Source of the DNA: Desulfatirhabdium butyrativorans
GTDB lineage: Bacteria > Desulfobacterota > Desulfobacteria > Desulfobacterales > JAIFKL01
Length of the DNA stretch: 38,370 nucleotides
NCBI GenBank assembly: GCA_022736535.1
Contig: DZCT01000002.1
Location: 1-38,370, forward strand
Direction of reading: 5' to 3'
Position numbers and translations under genes: made by a program. How positions within the stretch are numbered: position 1 is the first letter of the stretch; every line of letters starts with the position of its first letter. This document shows, piece by piece, positions 1-12,500 of the stretch. The notes beneath the pieces are model-generated. The model searched no databases. It was not told the origin of the DNA and saw nothing but the letters and a program-made list of their open reading frames with translations.

Positions 1-1
1 A

Positions 2-3000
2 GATCAATGCTTTCATGAACTCTTTGAAGAACAGGCTCGACGCACACCGGACCGGACAGCAGCAGTTTTCGGATCAGAAAAGATCAGCTATTATGAGTTG
101 AACTGCCGGGCGAACCGTCTCGCCAGAATATTGACGGAGCATGTAGTAGGAACAGATTTTATCGTGGCTTTGCTTGCCGAGCGCAGTGGCGATTTTCTGA
201 CAGCAATGCTCGGCGTATTCAAAGCCGGGGGAGCGTATCTTCCCCTGGATCCGCTTCATCCGGCGCAGCGCATTGCTCAGATATTGAGAGAAAGCAGAAC
301 TCGCTTTGTGCTGGCAGAGAAAGCCTTTTTGCCGCTTCTCAGTGAAGCATCTGCATCAATGCCTTTGGAAAAGCGTCCGCAGGTGCTGATTCTCGAAGAA
401 TTGTTGAAACAGAAACGCGATGAGGAAAATTTGCCGATTCGCTGCACCCCGGATAATCTGGCTTATGTGATTTATACTTCCGGTTCTACCGGCGTTCCCA
501 AAGGTGCAATGGTTGAGCATAAGGGAATGCTGAATCATCTTTACGCCAAGATTTTCGAGCTTGATCTGAGTGAAAAAGATGTAGTTGCCCAGAACGCGAG
601 CCAGTGTTTTGACATCTCTGTATGGCAGTTTCTTTCCGGATTGCTTGCGGGCGGCAGAACTCATATTTGCAACGATGAAACGGCACATGATCCGGTTTTG
701 CTGCTCGATCAGGTTGTAAACGAAGGCGTTACGATTCTTGAACTCGTGCCGTCATTGCTCAGAATGATCTTGGATGAGATAAACCGCAGAGGGGATGACC
801 GCCCGGATTTGTCAGGGCTTCGTTGGCTGATTCCCACCGGTGAGGCATTACCCCCGAAACTGTGCGGACAATGGCTGAGACATTATCCGAATATTCCTGT
901 GCTGAATGCCTATGGTCCGACCGAGTGTTCCGACGATGTGGCGCATTACCGTATTACTCAGCCTCCGGGACATGAAACGGCAAATATGCCCATCGGCCGC
1001 CCGATTATCAATATGCAGCTTTACATACTTGACTCGCGTTTGGAGCCTCTCCCTGTCGGCGTTCCGGGCGAGCTTTATGTAGGCGGCATCGGCGTGGGCA
1101 GAGGTTATCTGAACAATCCCGAAAAAACTGCCGAGTCATTCATTTCTAATCCGTTTAGTAATGAATCAGGCGCACGGCTCTACAAAACCGGCGACCTTGC
1201 AGTATATCTGGCAGACGGCAACATCGTTTTTCTCGGACGCATAGATCATCAGGTGAAAGTGCGGGGATTCCGCATTGAATTGGGTGAAATCGAAGCAGTA
1301 CTGCATCAGCATCCGGCAATCCGGGAAACGGTTGTTATAGCTCGGGAAGATCATCCGGGAGATCAGCGGATCGTTGCCTATTTTGTTCCTAAGACTGAAA
1401 TACAAGCCTTGAATATCGCCGATCTCAGGACTTATCTTGGCGGAAAACTGCCGGATTACATGATTCCGTCTCATTTTGTGACGATGAAGGAATTTCAACT
1501 CACATCTAACGGCAAGATTGACCGAAAAGCTCTCCCAAAGCCTGAAGATATGCAGACAGATGCAGTATCAGCATATAAAACGCCCATGAATGCGATTGAA
1601 GAAAGGCTTGTACGGGTCTGGGAAAGTGTTCTGAGAAGAGAAAAAATCGGCATTCAGGACAACTACTTCGCTCTGGGCGGCGATTCGATAAAGGCGATTC
1701 AGATAGTATCACGACTCAAAGAAGAAAATCTGAAATTGCAGTTGCGGGATATTTTTCTCTTTCCTACAATAGAGGAATCAGCTTCACGCGTGACCGAAAT
1801 TGACAGAATTATTGAACAGGGTTTGATAACAGGCTCTGTTCCGCTTACGGCGATTCAGTCATGTTTTTTCCGAACTCACGGCAAAGGAAAGAATCACTAC
1901 AATCAGGCTGTTATTCTTGATTCAAAACAAGGTATTCGGGAAGATGCGGCGAGGGCAGCCCTTGAAAAAATTCAGGAACACCATGACGCCTTACGAATGA
2001 AATTCGAGATTGGAACATCCCAAACAGTCGCTTTCAACTGCGGTCTTGACTATCCTTTCAATTTTGACGTTCTTGACTTCAAAGCGAGACAGGATGCTCT
2101 CTCGGCTTATGAAATTCATGCGGATAGAGTTCAGGCAAGCATTGATCTTGAAAAGGGTCCGATGATGAAATCCGTCCTGTTCAAACTCCCGGATCGGGAC
2201 CGATTGCTTATCGTTATTCATCATTTGGTCATGGACGGCGTTTCGTGGCAAATTCTCTTGCAAGATTTTGCTCGTGCCTATCAACAGTATATTGCCGGAA
2301 AAGCCGTTCAATTGCCCTTGAAAAGCGATTCATTCAAGCGATGGGCGGAACAGATACAATCGTACTCAAACAGTGAATCGCTCCTGAAGGAAAAGGCATA
2401 TTGGGAATCTCTTGATGCTTTATCTGTCAAGCCTTTGCCAAAAGACTATGAAACAGGAGATAATCTGTATCGGGACATTAAAACCGCTGATTTCAGCCTC
2501 TCGAAAGAAGATACGAACCGGCTGATCCGCAATGTGAATCATGCCTATCATACGAATATAAACGACATTCTGCTCGTATCTCTTCCCCGAGCCATGAAGC
2601 GATGGCAGGGTGAAAGCCGCACCGCTATTATGCTGGAAGGTCACGGAAGGGAGCAGTTATTTGAGGATACGGACATCAACCGGACTGTGGGCTGGTTTAC
2701 CTCGGAATATCCCTTGGTATTAGAGTTGACTTCAAATGATGCAAGCATACAGATAAAGACGATAAAAGAGATGCTTCGCCGGATTCCGAACAAGGGCATC
2801 GGCTACGGAATCCTGAAATATCTCACCACAACAGAAGAAGTATCACTTCAACTCTGTCCGCAGATCGCTTTCAATTATCTGGGACAGACGGATGATGAGA
2901 TAAATGACGGTTTGTTTGAACTGACAGACGTTTCTGACGAGCATTCCATAAGCCCCGAACTGACGAGAAGCTATGATTTTGAAATTGAAGGAATGATTAT

Positions 3001-4612
3001 CCGGGGACAGTTCCGAGTCATCCTTTACTATAACAAACAGCACCATAAGCCTGAAACCGTAAGCGCAATATTGTCGTACTACAATACGGAATTACTGGAA
3101 ATTATCGCTCATTGCGAAAGCAAATCTGCCGGCGAACTGACGCCTGCGGATCTGACCTATCCGAATCTGAGTCTGAAAGAACTTGACGAAATTCTTGAAA
3201 GCGGCGGAATCGGAAAGAATAACCTCAAGGACATCTACCCGCTTTCTCCCATGCAGGAAGGGATGCTCTTTCACAGGCTTTATCAAAGCGAGTCACTCGC
3301 CTACTTTGAGCAGTTTTCCTTTTCCATGAGCGGAGATTTGAATGTAAAGCTGTTTGAAGAAAGCTGGAACGAACTGCTGAAACGCTATGATATTCTCAGA
3401 ACCGTTTTTGTCTATAAAGGAACTGCCCGACCGTTGCAAGTCGTACTAAATCAACGCCGCATTGCTTTTGATTTCAAAGACCTTCGGGCAATGCAGGGAG
3501 AAGAATCGGAAGGCTATATCGAGCGGTTTAAACAAAAAGACCGTGAAAAAGGATTTGATCTCAGCAGCGATGTGCTGACGCGGCTGACCGTGTTTCAACT
3601 TGGCGAAACTGCTTACAAAGCTGTCTGGAGTTATCATCATATCCTGATGGACGGCTGGTGTCTCGGCATTTTGGTCAGAGAACTCTTAGAATGCTATCAG
3701 GCGATTAAAAAAGGACAAAAACCGGTACTAATGCCTGCTGTCCAGTATAGCAATTATATCCGATGGCTTGAAAATGCAGACAAAGAGGCATCAAGAAAAT
3801 ATTGGGCGGATTATCTTGCCGGATACAGCCGACTGGCGACACTGCCGAAAACAGGAGAGAAAATCGGCGGACAAAAGGAGTTGTCAAAAATTGCCGGAAG
3901 TCAACTGAGCGAAAACAGCACGAATCTGCTTCAGCAATTTGCCGCAACTCGTCAGGTCACGGTCAACACGGTGATTCAGTCGGTCTGGGGCATTCTGCTG
4001 AGTCATTATAACGGTACAGATGATGTAGTATTCGGCGTTGCAGTTTCAGGGCGTCCTGCGGATATTCCGGGCGTTGATGAGATAGTCGGACTATTTCTAA
4101 ATACAGTGCCGTTGCGGGTTCAGACATACAAGGCGCAGCGATTCGATGAACTCATCAGAAAGGTACAGGCAGATTCTTTGGCAAGTGAAACGTATCATTA
4201 CTACTCGCTGGCTGAGATACAGACCGCAAGCGAGATAAAACAGGACCTGTCAGATCATGTTTTCATTTTTCAGAACTTTCCGCTTTCAGAAGAACTCTAC
4301 AATATTCGGAAAGAATTTAAGACAGACTTTTCTATTGATGAATTGGAGATATTCGAGCAGACGAGTTATGATCTTTCCCTTGAAGTCAATCCCGGCAGGC
4401 AGATGGGAATTGATCTGCGTTACAATACGCTGATCTTTCGTGAGGAGATGATGAAGCAGATCACAGAACAGCTTATCCAAATAATTGAGTCAGTTATAAA
4501 TAAGCCGGAGATAACTGTCGGCGAGATTAAAGAAGCTTTGGTGAGCGAAGCAGAAGAACAGGAACAGACGGATTTCTTAAATGCGGCTATGACGATAGAT
4601 GAGGATTTCTAA
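2..4612 (+). CDS. Non-ribosomal peptide synthetase, 5'-partial (continues upstream of window); domain order A-T-E-C
   Basis: The frame is open from nt 2 (DQCFHELFEEQARRTPDRTAAVFGSEKISYYELN = start of an adenylation domain), so the TTG at 98 in the ORF track is internal. A cores: LAYVIYTSGSTGVPKG (458-505), NAYGPTE, YKTGDL, GRIDHQVKVRGFRIELGEIE, NGKIDRKALP. Carrier GGDSI (Ser codon 1685-1687). Epimerase HHLVMDG (2219-2239), EGHGRE, RTVGWFT, FNYLGQ. C-terminal condensation domain from ~3230 (YPLSPMQEGMLFH, RYDILRTVF, HHILMDGW from 3635). Stop 4610-4612. Confidence 0.95.
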   Translation, partial: DQCFHELFEEQARRTPDRTAAVFGSEKISYYELNCRANRLARILTEHVVGTDFIVALLAERSGDFLTAMLGVFKAGGAYLPLDPLHPAQRIAQILRESRTRFVLAEKAFLPLLSEASASMPLEKRPQVLILEELLKQKRDEENLPIRCTPDNLAYVIYTSGSTGVPKGAMVEHKGMLNHLYAKIFELDLSEKDVVAQNASQCFDISVWQFLSGLLAGGRTHICNDETAHDPVLLLDQVVNEGVTILELVPSLLRMILDEINRRGDDRPDLSGLRWLIPTGEALPPKLCGQWLRHYPNIPVLNAYGPTECSDDVAHYRITQPPGHETANMPIGRPIINMQLYILDSRLEPLPVGVPGELYVGGIGVGRGYLNNPEKTAESFISNPFSNESGARLYKTGDLAVYLADGNIVFLGRIDHQVKVRGFRIELGEIEAVLHQHPAIRETVVIAREDHPGDQRIVAYFVPKTEIQALNIADLRTYLGGKLPDYMIPSHFVTMKEFQLTSNGKIDRKALPKPEDMQTDAVSAYKTPMNAIEERLVRVWESVLRREKIGIQDNYFALGGDSIKAIQIVSRLKEENLKLQLRDIFLFPTIEESASRVTEIDRIIEQGLITGSVPLTAIQSCFFRTHGKGKNHYNQAVILDSKQGIREDAARAALEKIQEHHDALRMKFEIGTSQTVAFNCGLDYPFNFDVLDFKARQDALSAYEIHADRVQASIDLEKGPMMKSVLFKLPDRDRLLIVIHHLVMDGVSWQILLQDFARAYQQYIAGKAVQLPLKSDSFKRWAEQIQSYSNSESLLKEKAYWESLDALSVKPLPKDYETGDNLYRDIKTADFSLSKEDTNRLIRNVNHAYHTNINDILLVSLPRAMKRWQGESRTAIMLEGHGREQLFEDTDINRTVGWFTSEYPLVLELTSNDASIQIKTIKEMLRRIPNKGIGYGILKYLTTTEEVSLQLCPQIAFNYLGQTDDEINDGLFELTDVSDEHSISPELTRSYDFEIEGMIIRGQFRVILYYNKQHHKPETVSAILSYYNTELLEIIAHCESKSAGELTPADLTYPNLSLKELDEILESGGIGKNNLKDIYPLSPMQEGMLFHRLYQSESLAYFEQFSFSMSGDLNVKLFEESWNELLKRYDILRTVFVYKGTARPLQVVLNQRRIAFDFKDLRAMQGEESEGYIERFKQKDREKGFDLSSDVLTRLTVFQLGETAYKAVWSYHHILMDGWCLGILVRELLECYQAIKKGQKPVLMPAVQYSNYIRWLENADKEASRKYWADYLAGYSRLATLPKTGEKIGGQKELSKIAGSQLSENSTNLLQQFAATRQVTVNTVIQSVWGILLSHYNGTDDVVFGVAVSGRPADIPGVDEIVGLFLNTVPLRVQTYKAQRFDELIRKVQADSLASETYHYYSLAEIQTASEIKQDLSDHVFIFQNFPLSEELYNIRKEFKTDFSIDELEIFEQTSYDLSLEVNPGRQMGIDLRYNTLIFREEMMKQITEQLIQIIESVINKPEITVGEIKEALVSEAEEQEQTDFLNAAMTIDEDF

Positions 4613-4614
4613 GC

Positions 4615-6480
4615 ATGTGCGGAATTACAGGAATTTTTAATCTTTCCGGCGGTCCGGGCATAGACAAAGAGTTGATCGAAGCGATGACAAATACACTTGT
4701 GCATCGCGGTCCGGATGACTCGGGGTTTTACAGCGATGATGTGCTGGGATTCGGCTTCAGACGGCTCTCCATCATTGATCTGACTTCCGGAAATCAGCCG
4801 ATTTACAATGAAGACCGTTCTGTCATTGTTGTCTGCAACGGAGAAATCTTCAACTACAAAGAACTCAGGCAGTTGCTTGAATCCAAAGGACATTGTTTCT
4901 ATACACACTGCGATATAGAAGTTCTTGTTCATCTGTATGAAGAATACGGCGCAGAATTTCTGAGCAAACTGAACGGGCAGTTCGCCTTTGCCGTCTATGA
5001 CCGAAAATCGAGAAGCCTTCTGCTTGCCAGAGATCATGTGGGCATTGCGCCGCTTTTCTACACAGTTGCAGACAATGTGTTTATTTTCGGTTCAGAGATA
5101 AAAGCGATTCTGAAACACCCGCTGGTGAAGCGGGAAGTTGATTTGACCGCACTGGATCAGATATTCTCTTTTCCGGGCATCGTCAGTCCCCGGACTATGT
5201 TCAGGCATATCAGCAGTCTGAAACCGGGTCATTATATCCTGATTCAAAACGGCAAAATTGAAGTAAAAGCATACTGGGACTTGGACTATCCGCATGAGTC
5301 GGAAATCGAGGTCGGAAAACCGGAGTCATACTACATTGAGAAATTGGACGAACTGTTTACCCGGTCGGTACAGTATCGCTTGCAGGCAGATGTGCCGGTG
5401 GGATTCTACCTGAGCGGCGGCATGGATTCTTCGCTGACCGCATCCGTTATTCGCAAGCTGCATTCGGAAAAACGGCATTCTTTCTCCATCGGCTTCCGAC
5501 AGGCAGATATAGATGAGAGAAAATATCAGCAATTAATGGCAAATACGGTCGGTTCCGTTCATCATGATGTTGTATTTGACTGGCACGGTATAAGCAATCG
5601 CCTGAAGCGAGTCATTTATCATGCGGAAATGCCTTTGAAGGAATCCTACGATACCTGCTCGCTTACACTGTCCGAATTGGTCAGAAATAACGGCATTAAA
5701 GTCGTACTAACCGGCGAAGGCTCTGATGAGCTATTTGCGGGCTATGTCGGCTATCGTTTTGACATGCAGCGCTCTGATTGGGGTGAAGAGGCATACAGCG
5801 TTGAAATGATGATGGAAAGAGAAATTCGGGAAAAACTGTGGGGAGACCCAGATTTTTTCTATGAAAGAAATCAGTATGAATTCAGAGAGACAAAGCAGGC
5901 AATTTATTCGCAGCGTGTCAACGAAAGTTTTCGTGAGTTTGACAGCGTGAATCATGAATTAGTTGACAGGAGCAAATTGGCGGGAAGACATCCCATTCAT
6001 CAACGCTCCTACATTGATTTCAAACTGCGGATTGCCGATCATCTGCTTGCGGATCACGGCGACCGTGTGGCTTATGCCAATTCAGTCGAGGCGCGCTATC
6101 CGTTTTTAGATGTAGAATTTATTGACTTTGTGAAAACTATACCGCCGAATCTGATGATAAAAGGCTCGGTTGAGAAGTATATTTTGAAACGGCTTTCTGA
6201 GAAATACCTGCCGGAACAGATCATTAACAGGGAAAAATTTGCCTTTGTCGCGCCGGGAAGCCCTTACCTGATCCGTCAGAATATCGAGTGGGTGAACGAT
6301 CTTTTGTCATATCAGACTGTAAAAAAGCAGGGATACTTCAACCCTGACACGGTCGAACGTCTGAAAAAAATGTATAGCGGCGACAACTTCAATGTGAATC
6401 AGACGTTTGAAAACGATTTGCTGATGATAGTATTGACCTTTGGAATCTTTCTGGAATTGTTTGATATGCCGGGGAATTGA
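4615..6480 (+). CDS. asnB: Asparagine synthetase (glutamine-hydrolysing) family amidotransferase
   Basis: The ATG lies 2 nt after the NRPS stop. N-terminal MCGITG carries the Cys2 nucleophile of class-II glutamine amidotransferases (codon 4618-4620). PP-loop SGGMDS at 5413-5430. The 621 aa length is typical of AsnB-type enzymes. Confidence 0.9.
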   Translation: MCGITGIFNLSGGPGIDKELIEAMTNTLVHRGPDDSGFYSDDVLGFGFRRLSIIDLTSGNQPIYNEDRSVIVVCNGEIFNYKELRQLLESKGHCFYTHCDIEVLVHLYEEYGAEFLSKLNGQFAFAVYDRKSRSLLLARDHVGIAPLFYTVADNVFIFGSEIKAILKHPLVKREVDLTALDQIFSFPGIVSPRTMFRHISSLKPGHYILIQNGKIEVKAYWDLDYPHESEIEVGKPESYYIEKLDELFTRSVQYRLQADVPVGFYLSGGMDSSLTASVIRKLHSEKRHSFSIGFRQADIDERKYQQLMANTVGSVHHDVVFDWHGISNRLKRVIYHAEMPLKESYDTCSLTLSELVRNNGIKVVLTGEGSDELFAGYVGYRFDMQRSDWGEEAYSVEMMMEREIREKLWGDPDFFYERNQYEFRETKQAIYSQRVNESFREFDSVNHELVDRSKLAGRHPIHQRSYIDFKLRIADHLLADHGDRVAYANSVEARYPFLDVEFIDFVKTIPPNLMIKGSVEKYILKRLSEKYLPEQIINREKFAFVAPGSPYLIRQNIEWVNDLLSYQTVKKQGYFNPDTVERLKKMYSGDNFNVNQTFENDLLMIVLTFGIFLELFDMPGN

Positions 6481-6490
6481 GAAACCTTAT

Positions 6491-6504
6491 TTCTCACTTC
6501 TCAC
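6491..6504 (+). repeat. Tandem heptamer TTCTCAC x2
   Basis: TTCTCACTTCTCAC lies in the asnB-NRPS2 spacer. Its reverse complement GTGAGAA is close to the AGTGAGG run at 38291. Confidence 0.6.
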
Positions 6505-6522
6505 TTGTAAGGGGAAAATACA

Positions 6523-9500
6523 ATGGATAAGAAAATTGTACACAGTGTAGTTGAAAATATCGCGGAAAAATTTCCGGGCAATATCGCGGTTGAACAGAGT
6601 GAACGGCGTATCAGCTACGATGCGTTGAATAAAGGCGCTAATAAAATTGCACGGGCTTTACGCGAAAAGGGTGTGGGAAAAGACACAATTGTCGGGATTT
6701 TCCTGCCCGGCGGCATTGAATATATTACAAGTATTCTGGGGATTTCCAAAGCCGGCGGTGTGTTTATGCCTTTAGATATAGAATTTCCCGAAAAACGCTT
6801 AGAATACATTCTGAATAAGACATTGCCGAAAATTATTATCACAAATGCCGAACACGAGGAAAATGTCATTCGGCGGATGGACTCGCTCAATATCTCCAAT
6901 CCGATTGACACGATGTTCATATTGGATCAGAGAGACAAAAATTTCCGCATGATATGGAGCAAAAGCGGCAAGCGGGAAACCGCCGACTATCCTGATGTGA
7001 ATCTGCCTTTGATTCCAGAAGCTGACGACAGCAGCTATATTATCTATACTTCGGGTTCTACCGGAGAGCCGAAAGCGATTCTGGGACGGCATAAAAGCCT
7101 GAGTCATTTCATTCATTGGGAAATTCAGGAGTTTGGGCTGAACGAAAATGTAAAAGTCAGCCTGTTTGCGCCCACGACGTTTGATGTGAGTTTCAGAGAC
7201 ATTTTTGTACCCTTACTTTCGGGCGGAACGGTGTGTATTCCGAAAAAAGAGACTAGAGCCAATGTCTCACACCTTCTGAAATGGATGGAAGCTTCGCAAT
7301 TGTCGCTCGTTCACTGTGTGCCGTCATTGTTTCGCCTGATTTTGAAGGAAATCGAAAGTAGAAATACTACATCCGATATTCTGCCTCATCTGAAACATAT
7401 TCTGCTGGCAGGCGAGGCGCTCTACGGAAGCGATGTGATCCGATGGAAAACGCAGGTCGGAGACCGCATTGAATTAGTCAATCTCTACGGTCCTTCGGAA
7501 ACGACGCTGGCAAAAATTTATCATCGGATAGACGGAATGACTCTTGAAAAAAACAAAATCATTCCGCTGGGAAAACCTATTTCCAATACGGCAGTTCTGA
7601 TTCTCAAGGACAATGCCTTATGTCGTGTCGGCGAGATCGGTGAAATATTTATAAAAACGCCGTTCAGAAGCAAAGGATACTATAACGCCCCTGAATTAAA
7701 CGCTGAAAGTTTTGTTCAAAATCCGCTGAACACCGACGAAGAGGATATTATCTATAAAACCGGTGATCTCGGAAAGTATCTGCCGGATCGAAGCGTAGAA
7801 TTTGTGGGACGCTTAGACGGGCAAGTAAAGGTAAACGGCATCCGCATCGAGCTGAACGAAATCGAAAGAGCGCTTTTCGGATACGACGATATCGAGCGGC
7901 CCTTTGTCCTTGCACATAACACGCCGGATCATGAAATCCGTCTGATATGCTACTACACTGAGAAAAAGCCCGTAGAAATAGCAGAACTGAGAGTCTGGCT
8001 GCAACGCTATCTTCCCGATTACATGATACCTTCTTTCTTTGTACAGCTTGATGAATTTCCGGTCAATCTCAACGGCAAGATAGACAAAAAGGCTTTGCCC
8101 AAGCCTGAAGACATTATCTATGCAAAAATAAAATACGAAGCGCCGGCAAATGAAATCGAAAGAAAACTCGCTGAAATTTGGGGAGAAGTTCTGGGGCTGC
8201 AAAAACTGGGCGTCAACAATCCTTTTTTTGAAATCGGCGGAAATTCTTTAAGTGCTATCCGCATAATTTCAAGGATATACAAGACCTTTGAAAGAGAAAT
8301 CAGCATTCAGGATTTCTTTGCCCGTTCTACGGTAAGGAAATTGGCGGAATTTATCTCTGAGTCGGAAAAGTCGGGCTATGCGGAAATCAGACCGGTCGAG
8401 ATTCAGGATTACTACGATGTCTCCCACGCCCAGCGGCGATTATGGATTATTGACCGGTTGGAGAAAAATCTGGTCAACTACAATCTTCCCGGCGCGTGCC
8501 TGCTTGAAGGCAAAATTGACGCCTCTGCATTTCGCAAGGCGTTTCAGTCGCTGATTGAACGTCATGAATCTCTGCGTACTGCTTTTCTTGCGGTTGACGG
8601 AGAACCGAAACAGAAGATTCACAGAGATATTGCATTTGTTCTGGAAGAGGCTGATCTGAGCGGAAAAACAGACAATGAAGCCATTGCCAGAAAGGAAGTC
8701 GAAAAAGAATCGCTCACGCCTTTTGACTTGTCGAAAGGACCGCTGCTAAGAGCAAAGTTGCTGAAGCTCTCACAAGACCGGCATGTCTTAGTTGTGAACA
8801 TGCACCATATCATCAGCGATGCCCTTTCGCTCGATATAGTCACAAAAGAAGTGATGTACTTCTACATGGCATATCTGAAAAATGAATCGCCTGCGCTGCC
8901 TCAGTTGCGGATTCAGTACAAAGACTACGCTGCATGGCAGAATGCCCTGCTTGAGTCAGAAAAAGCCGCGATGCACCGAGACTACTGGCGAGACAAGCTT
9001 TCAGGAGAAATGCCTGTGCTGAATCTGCCGACGGATTATCCCCGTCCTAAAATTCAGACTTTTAACGGCGCAACTATCCGTTTTGATCTGAGCAATAAAG
9101 CGGAATTGCAGAACATAGCGGAAGCCAACGACGCCAGTCTGTTTATGGTAGTGGTCTCTCTGATCAAAACCCTCTTTCACCGCTACACCGCTCAGGAAGA
9201 TATTATCATCGGCACGCCTATCGCCGGGAGAAGTCATCCGGATTTGGAAAATCAGATCGGCTTTTATGTAAATATGCTGGCGTTGAGAGATACCGTCCGT
9301 GCGAAAGACAGCTTTCTCAATGTGCTGAAAAAAGTAAGACAAACCTGTATTGAGGCTTACGATCATCAGGTTTATCCTTTTGACAAATTGGTGGACGAAC
9401 TGGCATTGGCAAGAGACATGAGCAGATCACCGGTTTTTGATGTGATGGCAGTCATGCACAATGAGAGCGAGTTCAGCCGGATACGCTTTGATAATGTGAA

Positions 9501-12500
9501 AATTTCGGAGTTTGATTTCGGTCTCTTTACAAGCAAATACGATGTGACATTTACCGTAACGGAAACCCGCAATGACTTGGATGTCCTCCTCGAATACAAC
9601 ACGGATTTGTTCCGTGAAGACCGTATGCTGAGGATGAAAAACCATCTTGAAGAATTGACGAAAAGCGTAGTCACGGATCCGAGTCAGTCTGTGGCGCATG
9701 TCAACATTCTTCCGGAATGGGAAAGACATAAGATTCTTTTTGAGTTCAACGATACGGCTACGGAATATCCGAGAGACAAAACTATCGCCGAGGTATTTGA
9801 GCAAAAAGCAAAGCAAGTACCGAATCATCCGGCAGTTGTCTATGAAGGAACGGTTTTGTCTTATCGAGAACTGAATGCCTGTGCGAATCAACTCGCGCAT
9901 ACACTGAGAGATAAATTCGGCCTCGGACTTGAGGAGCGTGTGGGCATACTGCTTGACAAAAGCGAGCGCACGGTTATATCGCTTCTGGGAATTCTCAAAG
10001 CCGGGGGCGCGTGCATGTCTATAGACCCCATGTATCCTGCTGAACGTATTAAATATATGATCGAAGATGCCCAATGCAGTGTCGTGCTTTCGGAGGGAAA
10101 ATATCTCAGGGATGTGATGTCGCTCTGTTCCGGCATTCAGGCAATTGATGTCTCAAAATTCGGACTCCGAAATCCGGAATTCGACATTGAAATGCCTGAT
10201 CTGAAGCCGCTGGGAAACGGCAGAAGTCTTGCTTATGTGATTTATACTTCAGGTTCTACGGGCAAGCCCAAAGGTTCGCTGATCGAACAGCGGACTGCGA
10301 TGCGGGTTATATTGAATACCAACTACATCAATATTCGGGAATCGGACCGGCTTTTACAGACTGTCTCTTTTTCTTTCGATGTCTCGGTGTTTGAGGTATG
10401 GGGCGCTCTGCTGAACGGCGCATGTCTTTATGTGATTCCGGACCGGGCAGTCGTAGAGGCGGATAAAATGAAGCATTATGTGAGTCATTATAAGATCACA
10501 ATCATGTGGCTGACAACGAGCCTGTTTAACGAACTCTCAGATGCGGAAATCGGAATTTTCGAGGGATTGGAGATTCTGCTGGTGGGCGGTGAGAAACTTT
10601 CTCTGCCTCACATCAACAGAGTCAAGAAAGCGCATCCGAATCTGAAGGTGATTAACGGCTACGGTCCCACAGAAAACGGAACTTTTACTACCTGCCATCA
10701 TATAGATAAGTTTTATGAAAGAGATATTCCGGTGGGCAAGCCACTTTCCAACACACAGGTTATCGTGCTGGATGCGAACAATGAGATTGCGCCGATAGGG
10801 ATTCCGGGGGAACTTTGCACGAGCGGCGAAGGGCTTGCCAGAGGTTATCTCAACAGACCGGAACTGAGCAGGGAGAAATTCGTTCCACATCCGTATCTGC
10901 CGGGAGAGCTGATGTACCGCATCGGCGACATGGCAAGATGGATGCCGGACGGCTGTGTTGAATACTTCGGGCGGAATGACGATCAGGTAAAAATAAGAGG
11001 TTACAGAATCGAACTGGGAGAAATCCAGAACAGACTGTTGCAGCATCCTGCGATTCGTCAGGCGGTTGTCTTAGACAGGCTGAATAAATCATCTCAGACT
11101 AAAGAACTGACCGCTTATTTTGTGTGCAGGGAAGAGATAAAAATGCCGCCGGATATTTCGGAATTACGGAGTTTTCTGGCGCAATTTCTGCCGAATTACA
11201 TGATTCCGGCTCATTTTGTTCACATGGAAGTTTTTGCCCTCAATGCCAACGGAAAGGTGGACAGAAACGTCTTGCCCTCGCCGGAGGAAGCTGCTATGGG
11301 CATTCCTACAACGCTGACACCTCCCCGGAATGAGACCGAGGCGCAATTGCTCAGGGCATGGCAACGGATACTGGGGAATGAAGCTGTCGGCATTTATGAT
11401 AACTATTTCTCCATCGGCGGAGATTCCATCAAGGCGATTCAGATTGTCTCCCGTCTTCAGGAGGAAAACTTGAAGATAGAAGTAAGAGACATTTTTCAGG
11501 AGCCGACCATTGCAGGTTTGGCGGAAAAAGTCGTAAAAACCGGCTGTGTGGCGGATCAAAGTATGACGACAGGAGTTGTTCCGCTGACGCCGGTTCAATG
11601 CTGGTTTTTTGACAATTACAGACAGGCGAGACATCATTTCAATCAGTCTGAAATGCTCTGTTCAAAAGAGAGATTTCAGGAAGATGCGCTCAGGACGGCG
11701 CTTGAAAAAGTTCAGGAACATCACGATGCCCTGCGGATGAGATTCAGGATTCAGGATTCAGGAGAGATCATTCAGGAGAACTGCGGCGCAGACTACCCCA
11801 TCGGCTTTGAAGTCGTCTCGATTGCAGATGCGAAAGATACGGTTTCCCGGTTAGAACAACATGCCGATGAAGTTCAGGCAAGTATGAATCTGGAGACAGG
11901 TCCCCTGATGAAAGTCGTTCTGTTTCAGATGCAGGACGGAGATCGTCTTCTTATCGTGCTGCATCATCTGGTCATTGACGGCTTTTCATGGCGTATTCTG
12001 GCTGAGGATATTCGCCGAGCCTACGCGCAATGTCTTGCCGGAGAAGCGGTTCGTCTGCCTGCCAAGACGCATTCTTTTAAATACTGGTCTGAGCAGTTGC
12101 AAAATTACGCGGACTCGGATGAGCTATTGAGAGAAAAAGCGTACTGGAAAGCTGTCGAATCGGCGCCGATAAAATCTTTGCCGAGAGATTTCGATGCAGA
12201 GAATGTCTCAGCACGCGTCAGAGACGCCCGAACCGTAGGAATTTCTCTTTCCGAAGATGAGACAAAGATGCTGCTGACAAAAGTGAATCATGCCTACAAC
12301 ACGGAGATTAACGACATCCTGCTGACCGCGCTGGCGCGGGCGATGAAGTCATGGCACGGAGACAATCAGACGCTCATCAACATGGAGGGTCACGGAAGAG
12401 AGAAATTTGCATCTCAGGAATTGGATGTGAGTCGAACCGTCGGCTGGTTTACGAGCATGTATCCCGTGATGCTGGAGATTCCCGACTCGGACGATCTCGG

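Noticed and set aside
9427-10074. Antisense shadow ORFs over 150 aa (also 10537-11046, 11164-11637, 15056-15727, 17546-18226, 18538-19122, 22639-23217, 33297-34112, 37229-37849)
   Set aside because: Each is embedded opposite a motif-rich + strand gene. None has a domain signature or a plausible RBS.
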